From Takakia lepidozioides (lineage: Eukaryota > Plantae > Bryophyta): 64,000 nucleotides of DNA. The notes under the pieces were generated by a model. It made no database searches, was not told the origin of the DNA, and saw only the letters and a list, made by a program, of their open reading frames with translations. Shown here in pieces: positions 60,244 to 64,000 of this stretch (the first letter of the stretch is position 1; each line of letters starts with the position of its first letter). Where the stretch lies: assembly GCA_030704615.1 (NCBI GenBank), contig CM060732.1, forward strand, positions 76,322,001 to 76,386,000. The letters are read 5' to 3'. The translations under genes were made by a program, and so were the position numbers.

Positions 60244-61059
60244 CTTGTGGCTTTGAGCTCCTAGATGTAAATTGATTAAGATCGCGAGCGTGCCACTTGA
60301 CGTCTTTTCCAGATGGGTACAGAAACACAGATCTATAGTAGCAGCAGCTGATTGTCCGAACTGAAGTTATGCTTCCAACTACAGAGAGAAGATAAACGTT
60401 TGCGCTTGCTTGATATCAGACGGTGCGTAGTAGCAAAGAAGGAGAGGGAGATAAGCAGCTGGAAGTCGAGGTGGGAAAGGAACCGATGAAGGCAGACATA
60501 TATATAGGGTGAACGGTTGACTATTCCCCAGGACGATCAGACAGTCCATGCAGAGCTGGAGTTTGTCGTAACTGGAGCAACCACGAAACTGGCTCATACC
60601 TCGTCTCCGTCACAGTTGTACGTGCCTCCTACAAACACGTGCACACGCTGCTTCGTTAAAAAAGTGCATTTCGAAGCGTGTTCCAACGTTCGAACCTCCG
60701 TTCGAAGCGTGTTCGACTCCATGTAATCATGTTTTGACGGTAGGTCGAGGTTTGGGTAAATTTGATAATTAACAGGGGAACCCTCCCGTTGACTGAATAT
60801 TTTGGTCAAATTCCGGCAGGCCATCGCTCGCGGCGCGTCGTTGTTGAAGATACGTACTACCAAACCAAAGTCTGTTCCAAAATCAACTCACGGTCCCTAG
60901 GTCTAGCAGCGGCAGATTTTCGTTCATCCAAGTGGCACCCCAGCACTAGTTTGGTGGCAGATGGATGAAAAGAACGAGAAAGCATCCAAAGGATGAAAGT
61001 CGCGCGAGTGAAGAGAATCTTTCGGGAGGGCCGCCTGCTTTTGTTTCCATTATCTGTGC

Positions 61060-61435
61060 GTAGGTAGAGTTAGGTAGGTAGGTAGCGTTGGAGCTACGCG
61101 GCGAGTAGGCAGCGAGTCGAAGAAAGGGAGGATCCACGCAAGTGTGCACTGCGCGGAGCTGGAGATCAGGGATCCAGTCAGTCCGTGGCGAGGCAGGCTC
61201 TTGCCAAACTCACCGCCAGCTTCGAATGAGTCTGGGGTTGATGACAACTGGTCTCGCTGTGACAGCGAAATCCTTCTGGGTATTGTTGCATGGACAGTTG
61301 GTTAAGTCAAATCCTGTACGCTGACTCACTGACGCCAGCCCACCGACATGCGTAGACCTATTTGTGTTGAAAATCAATTTACGGCCCGTCCAACAACAAT
61401 TGGACGGGCCATTCCCCTCCCTCCCTGTGCTTCCT
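61060..61435 (-). repeat. Second inverted duplicate of pieces of the 13.5-14.4 kb region, upstream of LRR copy 3
   Basis: ~61365-61060 matches ~14150-14445, and ~61435-61400 matches ~13545-13580 (reverse complement). Confidence 0.85.
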
Positions 61436-63757
61436 CAATGGACTCGCTTGTTTCTTGCAGCTTTGAAGGCGATTGGGAGCCATCACGATGGCATCAGTGA
61501 TGAGCTTGCCTCACAAGTCTGCCACCTTTTATACAGATCTGGATCAAGCTCGCTGTTTCCATCTCAAGCCGTTTATTTTCAAATGTCTGCTTTTTCCACA
61601 TTTGGCCATCTTTTTAGGAAAATTCTATAAACAGTCCATACTTTCCACAGTAAACGAGAAGAATTTGAGTCCCCTCTTAATATTCCGTAGTAAGCATTTT
61701 CGAACACATCCACAGTAAGCGAAAATTGTGGAAAGCTCTTGGGAATTACTAGCTTCGAATATTGCAAACTATCTTTTGACGTAATTGAGGAGGTCTATCG
61801 CAGTTGATTAAAGAATGTCGAGTATCAATTGATCGGTACTCTGAGCTTTCTGTGTAAATTCTAAGAGACCAAGTGTGTTTCTGCACACAGATCGTCTTGG
61901 GTTATTCAACAACCTGAACTTTAGTTTGTAACTGGAATGTATTAATAGTGTTGTTTTGAGTGACCTGCATAATTATCTCAAAAAGAGAGAACATCTCTTC
62001 GGACGTCGTCCTCACTCTCTTTGATAAAATGGCTCTGCAGCCAATTGATATACAGTTCTCTTTTGAGATAATTATGCCCAGGTCACTCAAAACATTTGAC
62101 AGGTACTTGAGAAACCCTCGGTTGTCAGATGCAATTTGGTAACTTCCCCCATATATTTTTTTGGGTCTTCTTCAAGTCCAACCAAGCCCTGTTAACACCC
62201 ACAGCAGAAAGTGCTCAAGAGCCCAGGCGTCGGATTGATCTGTTATTTTAGCGGAGATCCAAAACCCTAATCCCTAGATTCTCTTCAATCAAACGCTACT
62301 CAAACGCTGTACTTGATCCATTTCAATGTGATCCAACACATGCCTATTATCAGAACAAAGGGGAGTCTGCTATGCAATTTACTTCAGTGGTGGAAATCGC
62401 CTCAAAATGAGCAACATTTGCTGGTATCTAAGAAGATAGATGTTTGCAAACATCTTACCAGAAGGATTCTGCAGGGGCCAAGAAATCCTTCCCCCTCTAA
62501 AATGACATCTAGAAAAGACAGAATGCATTTCATGTGACTATGGACCCACAACGTCCTCAACAGTACAGAAAATAGGTAAACATCAGTCAGAGAGAAAAAC
62601 AACAAATGCACCCACCAAAAGCATGGTAATCTTCTTAATTAGCAAATCTATAAACTTATTAAGTACCACTGACAGAACTTTGTCTCTTCATCAAAGCTCC
62701 AGAGCTGATTAGTGGTGGTGGTCTCCTCCGTTTGAGACTTGTGTGATGCTGCGAGTTAGCCATTTCCTCGCAGGTCGCTCTCCTGAACGCTTCCAGTCAG
62801 ATGGGCAATGTCTTTGGATGTAAGGGGGCAGAGAAAAGTATAAAGAGATGTTGGAATGTCTTCAGGCTCTGAAAAGTTATGAGAAAGTTTGCCTGTGCGG
62901 AAATAGGGGTGGTGGGTAGTAGCAGCAATTGCATAGACATTGCAATGCATTGTGAGATATTGAGCAGGCCCGACCACAATCCGAAATTGGTATGTCTTCC
63001 TGACTATCGACAGCTGATCGGCACCCAGGGAAGGATTGTCTTTTTTCGAATGGCCCTCACTCCGGCATATTCAGACTACAAGGACGCATGCGATCAAATA
63101 GCTCAGCTTGCTGATGACCGTTCCATCCTTCAGCCTGGGGCAAAGGGGTAAGGGACTGGTGGTGTTCTTCTGTTCATGAGGTGGTGCAGGTTACTGCCCA
63201 TAGGCATTATATGACACAGCTTGATGGTGTACTCAAGAACGCCATTACAGAGGATCTGGGAAAGAAAAAGTTTAGGTGACACACACTGGAGATGTAGCGG
63301 GCATTTCTCTTTCAAGGTTCAAGCTGCGTGGTCTGGAATCCTAAAGACTATGATCACAGGTGTATATATATATAAATGAAGGAGGGAAATGACACTGATA
63401 TTTTTTTAGGGTTCAAGAAGGTGGTAGCAGCAACTGTGTGGAGAGTAGGGTGGGAAGGCCTTCCTCAAAGGTGGGCGTGGCGCTCAGAAGTGTGCGGTGC
63501 ACTGTCATGAGGTTTTGATCATACTACAGGGACTGTATCCATGCAATCAAACTCAAAAGGTTGACAAAAGTAAATCGGGATAAATCTCATCACATTTGGG
63601 CGATCAACACACAATTCGCTAAGCTAGCTGCAAAAGAAAAAGCACGGATATAGACGGTCAATGAGGAAATAGAACTTTTAGATCAGCAGCGTCAATGTTG
63701 CTGGACAAGGCCTCCTTCCCTCCAACACATATGGGCGTCCTTTTCTGTTGAAGCCTT

Positions 63758-64000
63758 CTAGTCATTAGGCTTTCCTGGCCAGACTGAGTCACTGAACGAG
63801 GGCTCAAACACAAAAAATTTCCTCAAAACTGAGTCCATTCCAGGTATGGTAAGGTTGCTGAGCTCCTGCCAAGAGTTCTTCTCGAAGTCATATACCAACC
63901 CAGAAACAACACCGTCTTGGAAGCCTAGCAAATAGACATTATCCCCTTGCCCCACACATGCACGATTGAAGCCTGGATATCTGAAAGAAGTGAAAGAACA
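63758..64000 (-). CDS. C-terminus of a probable F-box/kelch-repeat protein (gene continues beyond the window)
   Basis: The frame is open to the window end. CVGQGDNVYL...GLVYDFEKNSWQEL...FVFEPSF is the typical final-blade pattern and FxFEP ending of plant F-box/kelch proteins. Confidence 0.7.
   Translation of the reverse strand, partial: CSFTSFRYPGFNRACVGQGDNVYLLGFQDGVVSGLVYDFEKNSWQELSNLTIPGMDSVLRKFFVFEPSFSDSVWPGKPND

Noticed and set aside
61440-63200. Degenerate coding-like sequence (also 43570-44560 and 51850-52330)
   Set aside because: Multiple stops in all frames and no motif I can recognise.

Overview
Nuclear DNA from a land plant, probably a non-seed plant (inferred from gene structure and repeat types). 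It is not prokaryotic: the genes have GT-AG introns and most six-frame ORFs are shadows or single exons. Conserved spliced genes reconstructed by hand: the 3' part of MAF1, nicotinamidase NIC2, RGP1 (11 exons, minus) and AUGMIN subunit 3 (18 exons, plus); RGP1 and AUG3 are head-to-head. Also present are a small secreted Cys-rich protein with a bacterial-SH3-like pattern, a six-exon gene of unknown function, three copies of a secreted LRR gene (intact, frameshifted, truncated), a fragmented PAL pseudogene, the 3' end of an F-box/kelch-type gene, tRNA-derived SINEs, MITEs and LTR-element remnants. The most striking structure is a set of about 19-20 non-LTR retrotransposon (LINE) 3' ends, all inside RGP1/AUG3 introns. 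Nearly all sit at the edge of a (TC)n tract, and they are stacked head-to-tail in polarised arrays with readable target-site duplications and an apparent age gradient. One copy is full length (4.8 kb, 14-bp TSD) and was originally a single ORF. An 86-nt TSD-flanked insert predicted to fold with GAAA, GCAA and cUUCGg tetraloops and a loop-E motif sits inside one LINE copy. All coordinates were read by eye and no database searches were run.
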